Source: Picochlorum sp. SENEW3 (taxonomy: Eukaryota). From it: a stretch of 64,000 bases of DNA. The notes under the pieces were generated by a model. The model was not told the DNA's origin, did no database searches, and saw nothing but the letters and a program-made list of their open reading frames with translations. The DNA lies in assembly GCA_034226945.1 (NCBI GenBank), contig CP120462.1:248001-312000 (forward strand), in the 5' to 3' direction. The translations under genes and the position numbers were made by a program. Shown here piece by piece: positions 26,948 through 38,985 of the stretch (positions within the stretch are counted from its first letter, which is position 1; each line of letters begins with the position of its first letter).

Positions 26948-28123
26948 CTATGGTAATTGCATTACGCTGATAAAATCGTGGCTCAAATGTCCCATATACA
27001 GCTTGTTGGTTTCTTTTGAGAAAAACAGCCCTGATATACCGTAGAGAGTGTGACCCTCTCTATCAACATAAATCCTCAGGACTTTGCCAACAGGAGAAAT
27101 TTTCATGACAGCTCCGACTTTTGGCGGCAATGGAGTGTATATAGGTGCCACCCACGACAGCAACCACCTTACAGATTGCGGTGCCTTGGCCATCAGAAGA
27201 TGCCGTTTAGTAGGACAAAATAAGAGGGCCACATAAAAGTTTCCATCTGGTCCACGCGTTATTCCGTCTGGATATCCAGGGAGATTTTCTATGAAAACCT
27301 CAGATGTACCAGCTTTCGGACCCACGAGATGATACTTTTGAATTCGCAGGAAGGATGTCTCAGCTACGAGAACAAAATCCTTCTCCAAACTCAGTGCCAC
27401 TCCATTTGCAAAGAACAAGTCCTTCATCAAAATCTCAGTGACCCCAGTATTCAAGTTGTATGATAAAAGTTTTCCAGTTGGCTTTCCAGATAGGCTTGAA
27501 AGAACGTACGATTTCATGGTATCATAAAAATTCATTCTATTCAGTCCTGGCGGAATCCCGGTTGTGCTATCTGAAAAGTACAGGATACCCTCTTCTTCGT
27601 CCACATCAATGTCATTAGCATAGGTGATGGGCACAACGTTCCCGAATTCCTGAACACTGGAAGTCAAAATGACCAATTCACGACTCTCAAGGTCAAGGGC
27701 CTCAACGCCTACCAATGAATTACAAACCACAAGCAAGCTTTTACCTCCATGCGATACAACAGTATACCCCAACGGCCTTCCAGGACCGATATATGAAAAC
27801 ATCTTCAGCTCTGAGCTGTCTAATTCCGAAACATACACATGACCATACCTGTCGAGCACAATAGCACTGCCATTTCTCAAGACATGAACACTCTCAGGAC
27901 CTTTGATGGCCCCTTGAAACAACTTCATCGAACCCTTCATCACTTCCTCATCCACCACCCCGGACCCATACGAGTCAAAGGTCTTTGGACGTAAATTTAA
28001 AATAGTCTCATGTGTTTTCGCAACCGATTGATTCGAGGGCAATGGCTGCTTCAGATAGACTGCAGACAGCAATTTTATAGGAACAGCTAGTAGAGACGTG
28101 ATGATAAGCACCCATTTATTCAT
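26948..28123 (-). CDS. Strictosidine synthase-like / APMAP beta-propeller protein
   Basis: N-terminal hydrophobic segment; GPES, GRPLG, YANDIDV, FANGVALS and NLPGYPDGI motifs. Confidence 0.88.
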   Translation of the reverse strand: MNKWVLIITSLLAVPIKLLSAVYLKQPLPSNQSVAKTHETILNLRPKTFDSYGSGVVDEEVMKGSMKLFQGAIKGPESVHVLRNGSAIVLDRYGHVYVSELDSSELKMFSYIGPGRPLGYTVVSHGGKSLLVVCNSLVGVEALDLESRELVILTSSVQEFGNVVPITYANDIDVDEEEGILYFSDSTTGIPPGLNRMNFYDTMKSYVLSSLSGKPTGKLLSYNLNTGVTEILMKDLFFANGVALSLEKDFVLVAETSFLRIQKYHLVGPKAGTSEVFIENLPGYPDGITRGPDGNFYVALLFCPTKRHLLMAKAPQSVRWLLSWVAPIYTPLPPKVGAVMKISPVGKVLRIYVDREGHTLYGISGLFFSKETNKLYMGHLSHDFISVMQLP

Positions 28124-28644
28124 CCAATAACTGTCGATTGATAGTATATCTAGATATATGTATGATTTTACATCAAGTAATGATAATACCAGCGAAGAAA
28201 GAAACTATAGTAGTAGAAATGACGTACTTGTCATGGCCACGTCAGCTGTTGGGTTCATCTACCCACCATCTCGCAAATAAAGCGACAGATTCGACATCGA
28301 CATCGTATCACGCTGCATGCTTGATCTACAAGATACTGAGAGATCTGTGGATGTGTAGAGAAGCAGAATCGATGGCCGTAAAAGATGCAAAAAGTAAAAG
28401 CCCCAGCCCTCGAGCTCGAGCTCACTCGGAGAGGTGAGGGCGCCATTGGCCAATGATTCCTCTGTGCGTTAGACAATGCCGCCATTGTTCTTTGAGGAGA
28501 GCTAATGAAAAAAACATCCACATATTCTCCATTAGAATTATAATCCATTACATTTTCGTGCATAGATACTTTGATGGACCACAACCTTGTGTTGTTCATG
28601 CATGTCGTTTGCAAATGTACTCCGTAAGCAGGGGATGTATCGAC

Positions 28645-29136
28645 ATGGGTGCTGCTAAAAAAGATACCAATATGTCACATAAAATCAGAGAGAAGAAGAT
28701 CAAGAAGAAAAAGAGCCTTGGTCCTCAGGTTGGAGTAACAGAGGAATCAGATTTGAGTGGAAAGCGCTCAACTGCTCCTAAAACCCGGGATGAGATTGAT
28801 GATTTATTCAGTGATTTAAAGAAATCTGTAAAGCAGAAAGAGAAGCAAGAGATAGAGAAGGAAAAGGTACCAACCTGTGCAATTGTCATCCATGTCAAGA
28901 ACCAGTCATTTTTAACTTTTGACCCCCTATCGCTGCAGGATTCGAAACATTCCAACGTGGAGCAGAAGACCAAGAACATTGAAGGTTCAAAGGATGATAT
29001 ATTCGGTAACGAGGCCGAGAATGAGAGAAAGAGAACTGACGAAGGGTATGCAATTTACACAGAGGCTGAAGCTGGGTTTGGAAAGAAGGGAGGGGACACA
29101 GATCTGTGTCCATTTGACTGTGACTGCTGCTTCTGA
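28645..29136 (+). CDS. DUF1764-family protein (in-frame intron 28867-28938)
   Basis: EIDDLF and C-terminal RKRTDEGYAIYTE...GGDTDLCPFDCDCCF signature. Confidence 0.85.
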   Translation: MGAAKKDTNMSHKIREKKIKKKKSLGPQVGVTEESDLSGKRSTAPKTRDEIDDLFSDLKKSVKQKEKQEIEKEKVPTCAIVIHVKNQSFLTFDPLSLQDSKHSNVEQKTKNIEGSKDDIFGNEAENERKRTDEGYAIYTEAEAGFGKKGGDTDLCPFDCDCCF

Positions 29137-29230
29137 TGATTTATAAATTCAATCTTTAGATTTGAAATATTAATTTATGTAATAAAGATGATTTCATGGA
29201 AATTCTGAATGGCTACGTGTGCAAAAAAGC

Positions 29231-30693
29231 ATGGGAGACAAACAGAACGGTTTCTCGATATCCTTCAGTGCGAATGCACAGAAGAGAAGAAGCAAAAGTT
29301 TCAAAATTCAAGATGAGAAAGAAGAGAAGAAGGAAGAGATTCGTTCCTTTGGAGGAGATGCTGGTACGAGTTTGACTGAGACGCATGGCCAGGACTTGCC
29401 AGCCATAGAAGCACTGCCAAACACCTTTAGGTGCGATATTTTATTATAAAATACTGTTATTGCTGTGTATAGTGATCATTGACCCGGTGTATTCATCGCA
29501 GGGAGGGGAAAAGGTATACTCCTAGCTACATACCAATAAAAGAAGAGGAAGTTGACCCTCAGGCATCAGGGATTGATAAGTTCGAAGCAGTAGAGGTGGA
29601 TGAATTGAATGGTATCGCTAATGAGATTCAATATGGATTGACAAAGCGGGATCATCATGGCAGAAACGACCATATGAGCCAGGCAGATAGGGAAGCAGAG
29701 GCTTTGAAGAGTGATTTGGACCATTTACCTCCCGAGGCATCGATTGAGCAGTATGAGAAGATGCCTGTTGAGGATTTTGGAAAAGCATTGATGCGCGGTA
29801 TGGGCTGGTATGAGGGGAGAGGCATTGGAAGGAATGCAAAGGGTGAGGTGGATGCAAAGGAACTTGTGCGAAGGTCTGACAGGCTTGGCTTGGGTGCTGA
29901 TCCGGCGTTATCTGTTAAGAAGGAGAAGAAATATATCAAGCCTGGAGAGTCAAGGCATCAAGGCGATATGGTGTATGTGGATGATTCTGGAGCTACCAAA
30001 TCATCTAGACCTGTTCATGCATCATTGACAGATAGGCGTACTTTGGGAGTTGCAGTTGGCAAGAAAATGTACGTGGAGAAGGGAAGACATAGTGGATTTG
30101 AGTGTGAAGTTAAATCAGTGGGTGATGCTCGAGAAGACGGCTCAGAGAAAGTGGTGGTGAGGTTACTACCTAGCATGGAGACTGTCAATGTTCGCTGTAA
30201 AGATTTGGTTGAGATTGGTCAGAAGAAGGCGAGCGAAGACAGTACTAAGAAGCATAGAAAAGAAGATGATGACAAGTATAGAGAAGTAAAGAGAGCGAAA
30301 ACAAAACATGATGAGCCCCTACCCCGGAGGGAAACAAAACCTTGGTTGCTTCCTGGTATCCGTGTGAAAGTTGTTGATAAGAAGGCATTCAAGGGGAGAG
30401 TGTACTTAAAAAAGGGTACAGTTATTGATGTCATATCTCCTACAGTTTGTGACATATATATTGACGACTTCAAGGAAGTTTTTCAGCATGTTTCTCAGGA
30501 GCAATTAGAAACATCTGTTCCTAGGCAAAAAGGTGCAACAGTCATGGTTGTTGCGGGAAAATACAAACAGTGTTTAGGCCAATTGCTTCATCGTTCAAAA
30601 CATTCTGAATATGTAGCTGTTCAAGTACATGATGAGAATGACGTGCAAAAGCTGCATCTAGATGATGTAGCAGAGTATCGAGGCCATGAATAG
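29231..30693 (+). CDS. MOS2: G-patch/KOW splicing factor (MOS2/Spp2/GPKOW) (intron 29431-29501)
   Basis: MPVEDFGKALMRGMGWYEGRGIG G-patch; C-terminal KOW/KIN17-like WLLPGIRVKVV...QEQLET. Confidence 0.88.
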
Positions 30694-30723
30694 TTTTCAT
30701 CACATTACAAATAACACATTATT

Positions 30724-32061
30724 TCAGTTCAATGGCAAAAAGACAACTGCCACAGTTATATCATCACACGCTCGCCCATGGAGATTAAGAGCCCAATTTT
30801 TTTGTGCAAGTTCTGCCAAAGCTTCGGCTGCCTCCTTGGCAGAATTCGCTCCCCAAGCAATGTCCATTGCCTCCTGGCTGCTGACCCATTCCCACAGCCC
30901 ATCTGTTCCCATGATTATAATTTGATTCATGTCAGTAGATCGAATTTGGATTGAATTCCTCGACATCAAAGGCAACGTGTGTATCTCAGGCAAGGAGACC
31001 AATCCAGCTTCCTGTGCAATATGATCCCCAAAAGACCTTGACACTGCTAGACCTGGCGTCCAGCGGTCCTTCAAAAATAACCTAAATGGTCCAGTTGGTC
31101 GACCCCGTGCATCAGTTGCCAATCTATCAATTCTACCTCCTGCTCGAGTGACTCTATTAGCCTCTGATGGGCATCTCACAGGATCAGGTTTGTGATCACG
31201 TGTCAACGGAACCATCACTCTATTTATCAGCAATGTCTCCTCCGATTGGGTAGCCGCTTCATCATCCAAGATAAGAGGTTCTGTGATGCCCACAATAGCC
31301 CTCGAATCTCCGATCCATCCTCCAATGACTCTCTCTGGGCTTACGAGGCACACAACAGCAGTAGACCCAGACTTGGAGAGATCACACACATACGAGTCAA
31401 TCACTCGACTCGTATGTTCAAATAATTGCCTCACAAGACTCTCACCCAAAGAATGATGATTTAACAATTTACCACCACCAGATTTGGCAAAAGACTCAAA
31501 TTTCTCCATGAATGCCATTCTTGCCAACGATGATGCAACGTGACCAAACTCACCATGTCCATCAAACACACCGACAGCGAAATGAGGCACATCTCCTTCG
31601 GTGACAATTGGTAGAACAAAGAAATCGTCTTGATTCTCTTTCTTCCACCCACTTCCATGTCGACCTCCCAGAGAAACTACTGCAGCCTCTGCAGAATCAG
31701 CAAAACCAGATAGCAACAAGGTGTTCACAAAGAGATAGGACAAAGAAAACAGCATGCCGTACCTATCCCGCTTCCATGACTCTCAACGTGAAATGCATCG
31801 AAATTCTCTGGCTTACCCATATCCTTCTGCCATGTCTCCAAATACATTGATACCTCACATGGGTTGCCAGTATGTGAAATGCCATGACAAGGATGTTGAC
31901 AGAAATCGCACCCAGCCCGACTGGCTGATCTTGTGTCCTTTATGACATCATCTAGTGATTCCAATTCCTTTGGAAAAGAATAAATTCGCCAACGAGGTCC
32001 ATCATGCACTCTATATCCAACAACATCCCTCCTTGCAGTCCACCGTGTCGGAACGACATCT
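30724..32061 (-). CDS. PP2C-family protein phosphatase (intron from 31762 to 31689 or 31680; 5' end unresolved)
   Basis: ENQD, VFDGHG, GDSR, DHKP, GLAVSRSFGD, TDGLWE and DDIT motifs. A possible MGN... start exon lies near 32116. Confidence 0.88.
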
Positions 32062-32379
32062 GACAGTCGAGAAAAGGACGATTTCCTGGTGATGCAAATG
32101 CCTTGTTACTTCCCATAATGATTTAACATATTTCTCAATGCAATAATATCAACGTACATTGGATAAAAAATCGGATTGGCGTGAGAACATGCGTCCAACG
32201 TGACCTTGGCTGCCATGCTACAACCTCCTCGCTACAATCATGTGGTCGTGATCTCACTCTTGGTATTCATTAATTATTAAATACGATAACAACTACATAT
32301 GAAGCATGCGTGAACTGGCAGATATGAAGGCTAAACCCTTCATTGTCAAAATCATCCATCCCATCATCATGATGCAGCA

Positions 32380-34647
32380 CTACGAGTCAGTGCGAATCTC
32401 TGATGTGTCATTGATTTCTTCAAAAACAGGGTTATCTATAGACCTTTCATCGCGCGCTGCTTTCTCCGAAGATTCGTCAATCTCTTCTTCCGTCCCTTCT
32501 TCCTTTTCTTCTTGCTTCTCTTCTTCCATAGAAGCCTCTTCAGGAGCCTCATCTACCCCTTCATGAGCCTCTGGTGAGGTAATATCTTCCTGACCTTCAG
32601 TCTGTTCCTCCATAACAACTTCTGTACTTTCTTCAGCAGCATCTTCTTCCATCTCTTTCTCTTCACCTTCAATTTTTCTCACAGAGGGTGAGATGAATGT
32701 ATTGAGACGGTCATCCATTGGAATCACTGTTGTGATTGAAAATTCTTCTTCATCAAACACGTGCCAATCTCCTTTATACGCGCCAAATTTGCACGGATCA
32801 TACTTGAATGGGGATGCAGTGGCTTTTGATGTTGTGCTTACGAGCGCATCACTTGGCAAGGGGATGAGAGAGTCACGGGCAGCATTATACAATGTTGTGT
32901 ACATGGGTGCTACTCGTTTCAATAAAGTCACGATCGTATCTCCTTCTTTCATTACCTACACAAGGAAGACAAATTTCCAGTTGATCAATTACTGATGCGA
33001 GTGCATGTACACAAAAAAATGGTCACTCACCTCAGCATCAAGTTCACTTGTTTCCTTCTCCAATACCTCAACCTCTCCTTGTAACGATTCTATGGTACCT
33101 TTCAAACCACTAATAATGGAAATCATTGTATCTCTGCGGTTCTTCATAGCCTCTGTACTTTTCTCAACAGCACTATGCTTTGCAACCAGTTCAGATATCT
33201 CCAACCGCAATGCTTCGCACTCTCCCTTCTCTTTTGATTCCCAATCAGGGTCGTAGTCCTCCAATTTTTGTATTGCAGATTCTAAAGCAGCCCTTTTAGA
33301 AGACAGGGCTGCTTTTTCCGCTTCCACAGCCTCCAAAGCCTTCAACATTGGCCCTACACGAGCATGCTGAGAGTTGAATTCAGCATATGCCGCATCATAC
33401 TGAAGCTCCATGTCAGAACATTCCTTCTTTTCCATCTCCAGCCTCTGTTCAGCTTCAACCATATTTCTTGCTATTTTGGATTGGGACATTCGAATATCAG
33501 CAAGCGCATTGGTGTAAAACTCTTGCCTTGCTGCCACAGCCGCTCTCTCCTCCTCCAATCTCTGCAAATCCCTTTCCTTTTGCTCTGCCATCTTCCTTTC
33601 CATTTCGATCTGAGTCTTTTCTGCCTCGCTCAGTATATGCAGTGCTGAATCAGAAGGCTTTGGAGCCAATATAGATGTGAATTGCACACTTGTGCTCTGC
33701 GGAGCCACATACTCGGCCTTTGGGGGCATGGGGCCAACCTGCAGTCCTGAATAGACGTCCATTTGTGGCTTTTCCTGCAACAAAAGCAACGATATAGTTA
33801 GAAAATATACCATTCACACGTCAATCCAAGCATGTACAAATAATAATACCAACTCACCATCATACTCTGCAAACCAGCAACCTGCTCCATTGGAGGAAAC
33901 TGCCCCTCAGGCAACACCGTCGGAATAGCGACATTCATTTTTGCGCAATCGATCAAATACAAGCACTGAATAAATTGATGCCTATTCAGTGACCCTTCAT
34001 TCCCCGCAACGACGTCCCAAATCAACTTCAACTGCCCCTTGGAAAGCCCACTCTGCATGAATGCCCCAAAGCATTCACCACCCTTCACCAAACCATCCCC
34101 ATTGAGGTCCAACTGATCAAACGCAGTCTGGTACGACATCGCCTTTTCGTTACCCAGCACAGGATACCCACCCCGAGCAGTATCAACATGACGCTGCCGA
34201 CCTTCAGGATCTGCATCCCCACCACCCCCAGGCACAAGAGACAAGGGCACCTCCAAACCCTGCATCTGAGGAGGAGGCACAGCCCCAGCAAGCCCATTCA
34301 CAATCAAAGACGCCGTCGAATCGTCCAATACCCCTTGCTGTCGCTGTGCTGCAGACACCAGCTTCATAGCAGTATAAAACTCCTGCCGTGTCAGAGAAGG
34401 CCGATCCCCAGCAACATACTGCCATATCTTGAACAATGTTGGACTTCGAGGTAATCCAGACTTTTGAAAGAACTGCACAGCCTCTCCACCACTCAACACG
34501 CCATCCTTGTCGAGATCAGCAACCTGAAACCATTGATTGTACAATCTACACAACAATCATCAACAGTCATGGTAACACCAATATTACTATCCAGATTAAA
34601 AAGTGAATCAACCATACGCACTCTATTTCCCCTCTGCCTTCACTCAT
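32380..34647 (-). CDS. EH-domain (Eps15-like) endocytic protein with coiled coil (introns 34546-34621, 33775-33857, 32956-33030)
   Basis: Two EH domains (ADLDKDGVLSGGEAV.FF..SGLP..L.KIW; FDQLDLNGDG...SGLSK.QL..IW), coiled coil, acidic tail; introns join the ORFs in phase. Confidence 0.87.
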
Positions 34648-35050
34648 GGTTTGTTCGACAATGAATTCACGCCTTCAGCCTTTCTATACCATACGATGTG
34701 TTAGGAGTAGTAGAAATTTCCTCCTGTTGATGTAGGTAGTCTATATTTGACCTATTGAATTGAATAATATCTGGGCCAAGGTCTTCCAAAGAAGACATCC
34801 GGGACAAGGGTGGTTCGAACATGAGAGATCTCTAGAGATCTAGAGAGAGATCTTCCTGCGTGATTCAAAGGACATTGGCAATCTCCAGTCCAAGTTGGAT
34901 AATAGCAATAATAAAAATACTAATACTGTAGTAGGAGCACTCGTGTGAGCAGGATCTGCGAGGAATCGAGGGTCATCCAGTCACTGATTGTTTCACTCAT
35001 CGAATAGAAACTGTTGTGGAATACATCCAACAGAAGAACAGACGAATAGA

Positions 35051-37869
35051 ATGGTATCTGCTTCTGATGATAATAAGAAGCGGGATGGAGACACGGTACG
35101 ACTGTTATTTTCAAAGCGAGGGACGACTGTAACCATCTTGTGAGCGATCAATCACTCGAATGTTGGTTCTGCAGCAGAATGGGAATGCGAAGAATGATGT
35201 GAATGTAGAAGAAGAGCTTTCTGAGGAGGATAAGGCGTTGAAGGAGAACTTGGAGTTATTGGTGACGAGAGCAAAGGATGTGGATGAGGGGTTGGCGACA
35301 ACGGCACTCGAGTCTATTAGGACAGAGATACGGTGGGTTTGAGTGAGATTCTGTGTGTGGTTGAATTGTGTGAGTATGTGGGCGTGTGTGTTGTAGGACG
35401 GCGACGAGTAGTATGACGTCTGTGCCAAAGCCTTTGAAATTCCTAAAGGAGCACTATGCTGGGTTGAAGGAGCATGTTGACACTCTTCCAAAGGGGAGTG
35501 GGGTAGCGGCGCTATTGGCGGATATCTTGTCTGTGTTGGCGATGACATCGGCTGAGCCTGGGTCAATGGAGACGCTTCGGTTCAAGCTTCAATCTGGGGT
35601 CAAGGAGGTGTCATGCTGGGGTCATGAGTACAGCAGGCATTTGGCTGGGGAGATTGGAGACGAGTATGCCACACGGATGGAGAAGGATTCGAAGGCTGAT
35701 ATGTCTGATTTGATGAGTTTGGTGGAGGAGATTGTTCCTTGGAATATGGCGCATAATGCAGAGCCCGAGGCTGTTGATTTGTGTCTGGAGGTTGGAAGGC
35801 TTGATCTGATTGAAGGTGCTGTGGACGAGAATAATTGTGGGCGAGCATGTTTGTATCTTCTTTCTTGTGCCTCGTATTTACCAGAGCCAGAGGATAGGAA
35901 TGTATATATGTGTGCATATAACAGCTACATGAAGGTACGCTTCAGTACTCATGCACTCCGTGTTGCATTGAAGATGGGGGATGTTGGGCTGATGGGACAG
36001 GTCATGTCTTCGGTGGAGGATCCACTGGAGAAGAAACAAATTGCATATATTCTTGGAGAGGCAAGAGTATGGATAGATTTGGCTGAGGAGGATGAGTCTT
36101 TGCAAGAAGAATTGCAAGCCATCATGGGCAATACACGTCTCAGTGAGAGGTATCTGGCTCTCGCTCGCGACCTGGATGTCATGGAGGCAAAAGTACCGGA
36201 AGATGTGTACAAATCTAATCTTATTGAGAGTCGATCATCGCATCCCGTTGAATCAGCAAGTGGAAACATTGCAGCATCGTATGTGAATGCCTTCATCAAT
36301 GCAGGATTCGGTCAGGATAAGCTGGTTACAGTTGAGATGGACGACAATGACGAATCCAGTAGTAAATCAGTGCATTGGATTTTCAGAAATAAGTCATTGG
36401 GTAAGTTGGCAGCGGCAGCATCTCTTGGGATGGTGCTTCTGTGGGATGTTGAAGGAGGGCTCCCAAAGGTTGATAGATTTCTGTATGCATCTGATCACAT
36501 GGTAGTTAGTGGTGCCCTGCTTGCATTCGGTATTATTGCATCAGGGGTGACTGATGAGGTCGATCCAGCTTTTGCAGTCCTCTCAGAGTATGTTGAAAAC
36601 GAGGATGACAATGTGAAGATTGGAGCCATTTGGGGTCTCGGCATCGCCTATGCTGGCAGAGCCAAGGAGGATGTCAAAGACGCCCTCTTACCTGTTGCTG
36701 GTAATTCAGATATGTCGATGGAGTTGGCTTCGCTCGCTGCACTCTCAACCGGCCTTTCTTACACTGGCACGGCAGATGGTGACATTGTTGAGACCATCTT
36801 GGAAAGCCTGATGCTTCGAGGAGAGTTGGAGCTGGATTCAGTTCATGGTAGAAACATGGCTCACGCTCTTGGTATGTTGTTCCTTGGAAATCAGGATGCT
36901 GTGGAAGCAACTATTGAAGTGGCAAAGACACTGCCAGAGAAAACTTGCAAATATACATGCAATGTCCTTGACATGTTTGCGTATGCTGGAACCGGTGATG
37001 TACTCAAGATTCAGCAATTCCTGGCAACCTGTGGAGAAGAGTATGAAGATGAAGAAGTGGAGCCATGGCAAACGGCCCATCAGAGCGTTGCAGCCCTGGC
37101 CATTGGCGCCATTGCAGGTGGAGAAGAATTGGGATCACAGATGGCGCATAGAGCATTAGAGCACATCCTTCAGTACGGAGGACAGGCTGCTAAAAAGGGC
37201 GTTCCTTTGGCATTAGCGATATTAAATGTGTCCAATCCAGATGTTGCAGTGATAGATACCCTTGGAAGGTTGAGCCATGATACTGATGAACAAGTGGTCA
37301 TGAGTGCCTTGATTTCACTGGGCATTGTGGGGGCAGGTACAAATAATGCTCGACTGGCGGGACTGCTCCGAAACTTGTCGCTTTACTATTCGAAGGACGT
37401 CAGCATGTTATTTTTGGTTAGAATTTCCCAAGGATTGGTTCATTCTGGAAAGGGCTTGCTCACATTAAACCCATACTCGGCATCAACAAAGTCAATGCAC
37501 AGGCCTGCCATGGCTGGCCTTTTGACGATTCTCTTGGCTTCTCTTGATATGCCATCTTCAATTGGAGGCAAGATGCACTATCTCCTCTATGGTTTGGTCC
37601 CAGCTTTGCGTCCAAGGATGCTCATGACTGTAGACGAGAATGGAGCTGCAGTGCCAGTTCCCGTCAGGGTTGGTCAGGCAGTGGATGTGGTGGCACAGGC
37701 TGGAAAACCCAAAGCAATCACCGGCTTCCAAACCCACACAACTCCAGTGTTGCTTGCAGAGGGTGAGAGAGCAGAATTGGGCACGGAAAAATATAAACCA
37801 ATGTCGTCGGTATTGGAAGGAACAGTTATTGTGAAGGAAAACCCAGATTATGTGGAAATCGCAGAATGA
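35051..37869 (+). CDS. RPN1: 26S proteasome regulatory subunit RPN1 (introns 35096-35174/35177, 35333-35396)
   Basis: EELSEEDKALKENLELLV, TATSSMTSVPKPLKFL, PC repeats and VRVGQAVDVVAQAGKPKAITGFQTHTTPVLL. Confidence 0.96.
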
Positions 37870-38080
37870 GTCCAAAATACTGTACCCATTGGCATATATA
37901 TGATTCCGAACGTACTAGGAATATATGTAAATGAGATCTGGTGGATGCGTGATAGCTGTAAACCACTCAACATCACATGGGTGTGTATGGCCTACAGGCC
38001 ATGTCTGGAAGGTTCTGGTTCATCATGTGTTCCGGATCCCGTCAAATTACTGTCATTCCTATCTCTAGCCTACACTTTAA

Positions 38081-38985
38081 ATGCTTAAAATGAGATATCA
38101 AGCACTCAATTTTACACATAAAACCAGTACTCGTGTCTTATACGCGCATCAGAGAGGATTTCGCGTGTCTCGAAGAGCAACCCCAATGAGTTTTTTCGGG
38201 AAAATATTTGGTGGTAACAAGTCTGAAGGAGACAAGGTACGAGTAAATTTGTCAACAAGGCCGTATATATAAATCGCTACATCCAGTGCATTAACGATGC
38301 AGGGGAAGAATGACGATATTCTTGCGTGGGCTAGGAATGCGAGGCCAGGAACAGAGTTGGCACCGGCTCAAGCACCACCAGGACAAGAAATTGCCACATT
38401 TGCAGGTGTACGTGTACTTGGATGATATTTTCGATGGATTGTCAGTGAAATATGTGAATGTGGATTGTGCAGGGGTGTTTCTGGGGAATCGAGCTGGCTT
38501 TTCAGAGGGTTCCAGGTGTGACAAAAACGTCTGTCGGATACACTCAGGGGACAAAGGCAAGCCCATCCTACGAGGAAGTTTGTTCTGGGAGCACAGGTCA
38601 CACTGAGGCTGTCCAAATGTACTATATCCCTAAACAGGTAACCTATAGGGAGCTGGTTGATGTTTTGTTAGAGAGAACAGATCCTACGACGTTGAACCGT
38701 CAGGGAAATGACAGAGGTACACAGTATCGATCAGGTATTTATTATCACAATGACGAGCAAAAGAAAATAGCTGAAGAGATCCGAGCAGAGGTTCAGAAGC
38801 AACTTGAATCCGGAACATATCCAAGGAAGACTGCTGGAAAGGAATTTATGATGGAGATCAAGCCAGCTGCAGAATATTGGATGGCTGAGCAGTACCATCA
38901 GCAATACTTGTCAAAAGGCGGTAGATTTGGCTCGCCTCAATCAGCTGAGAAGGGCTGCAAGGATAAGATTAGGTGCTATGGTTAA
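38081..38985 (+). CDS. MSRA: Peptide methionine sulfoxide reductase A, likely plastid-targeted (introns 38237-38302, 38408-38472)
   Basis: Spliced ATFAG|GCFWGIE, TGHTE, NRQGND.GTQYRSGIY, AEQYHQQYL and C-terminal IRCYG. Confidence 0.95.

Noticed and set aside
32331..32339. CTAAACCCT telomere/telobox-like motif (possible telomerase RNA template)
   Set aside because: Single copy in the 3' flank of the EH gene, with no array or supporting promoter/structure.
34812..34820. GGTTCGAAC B-box/T-loop-like motif as a second (permuted) tRNA
   Set aside because: No T-stem pairing, acceptor stem or matching 5' half nearby.
38473..38484. Possible selenocysteine MsrA (GUFW type)
   Set aside because: The active-site codon is TGT (GCFW); there is no in-frame TGA.
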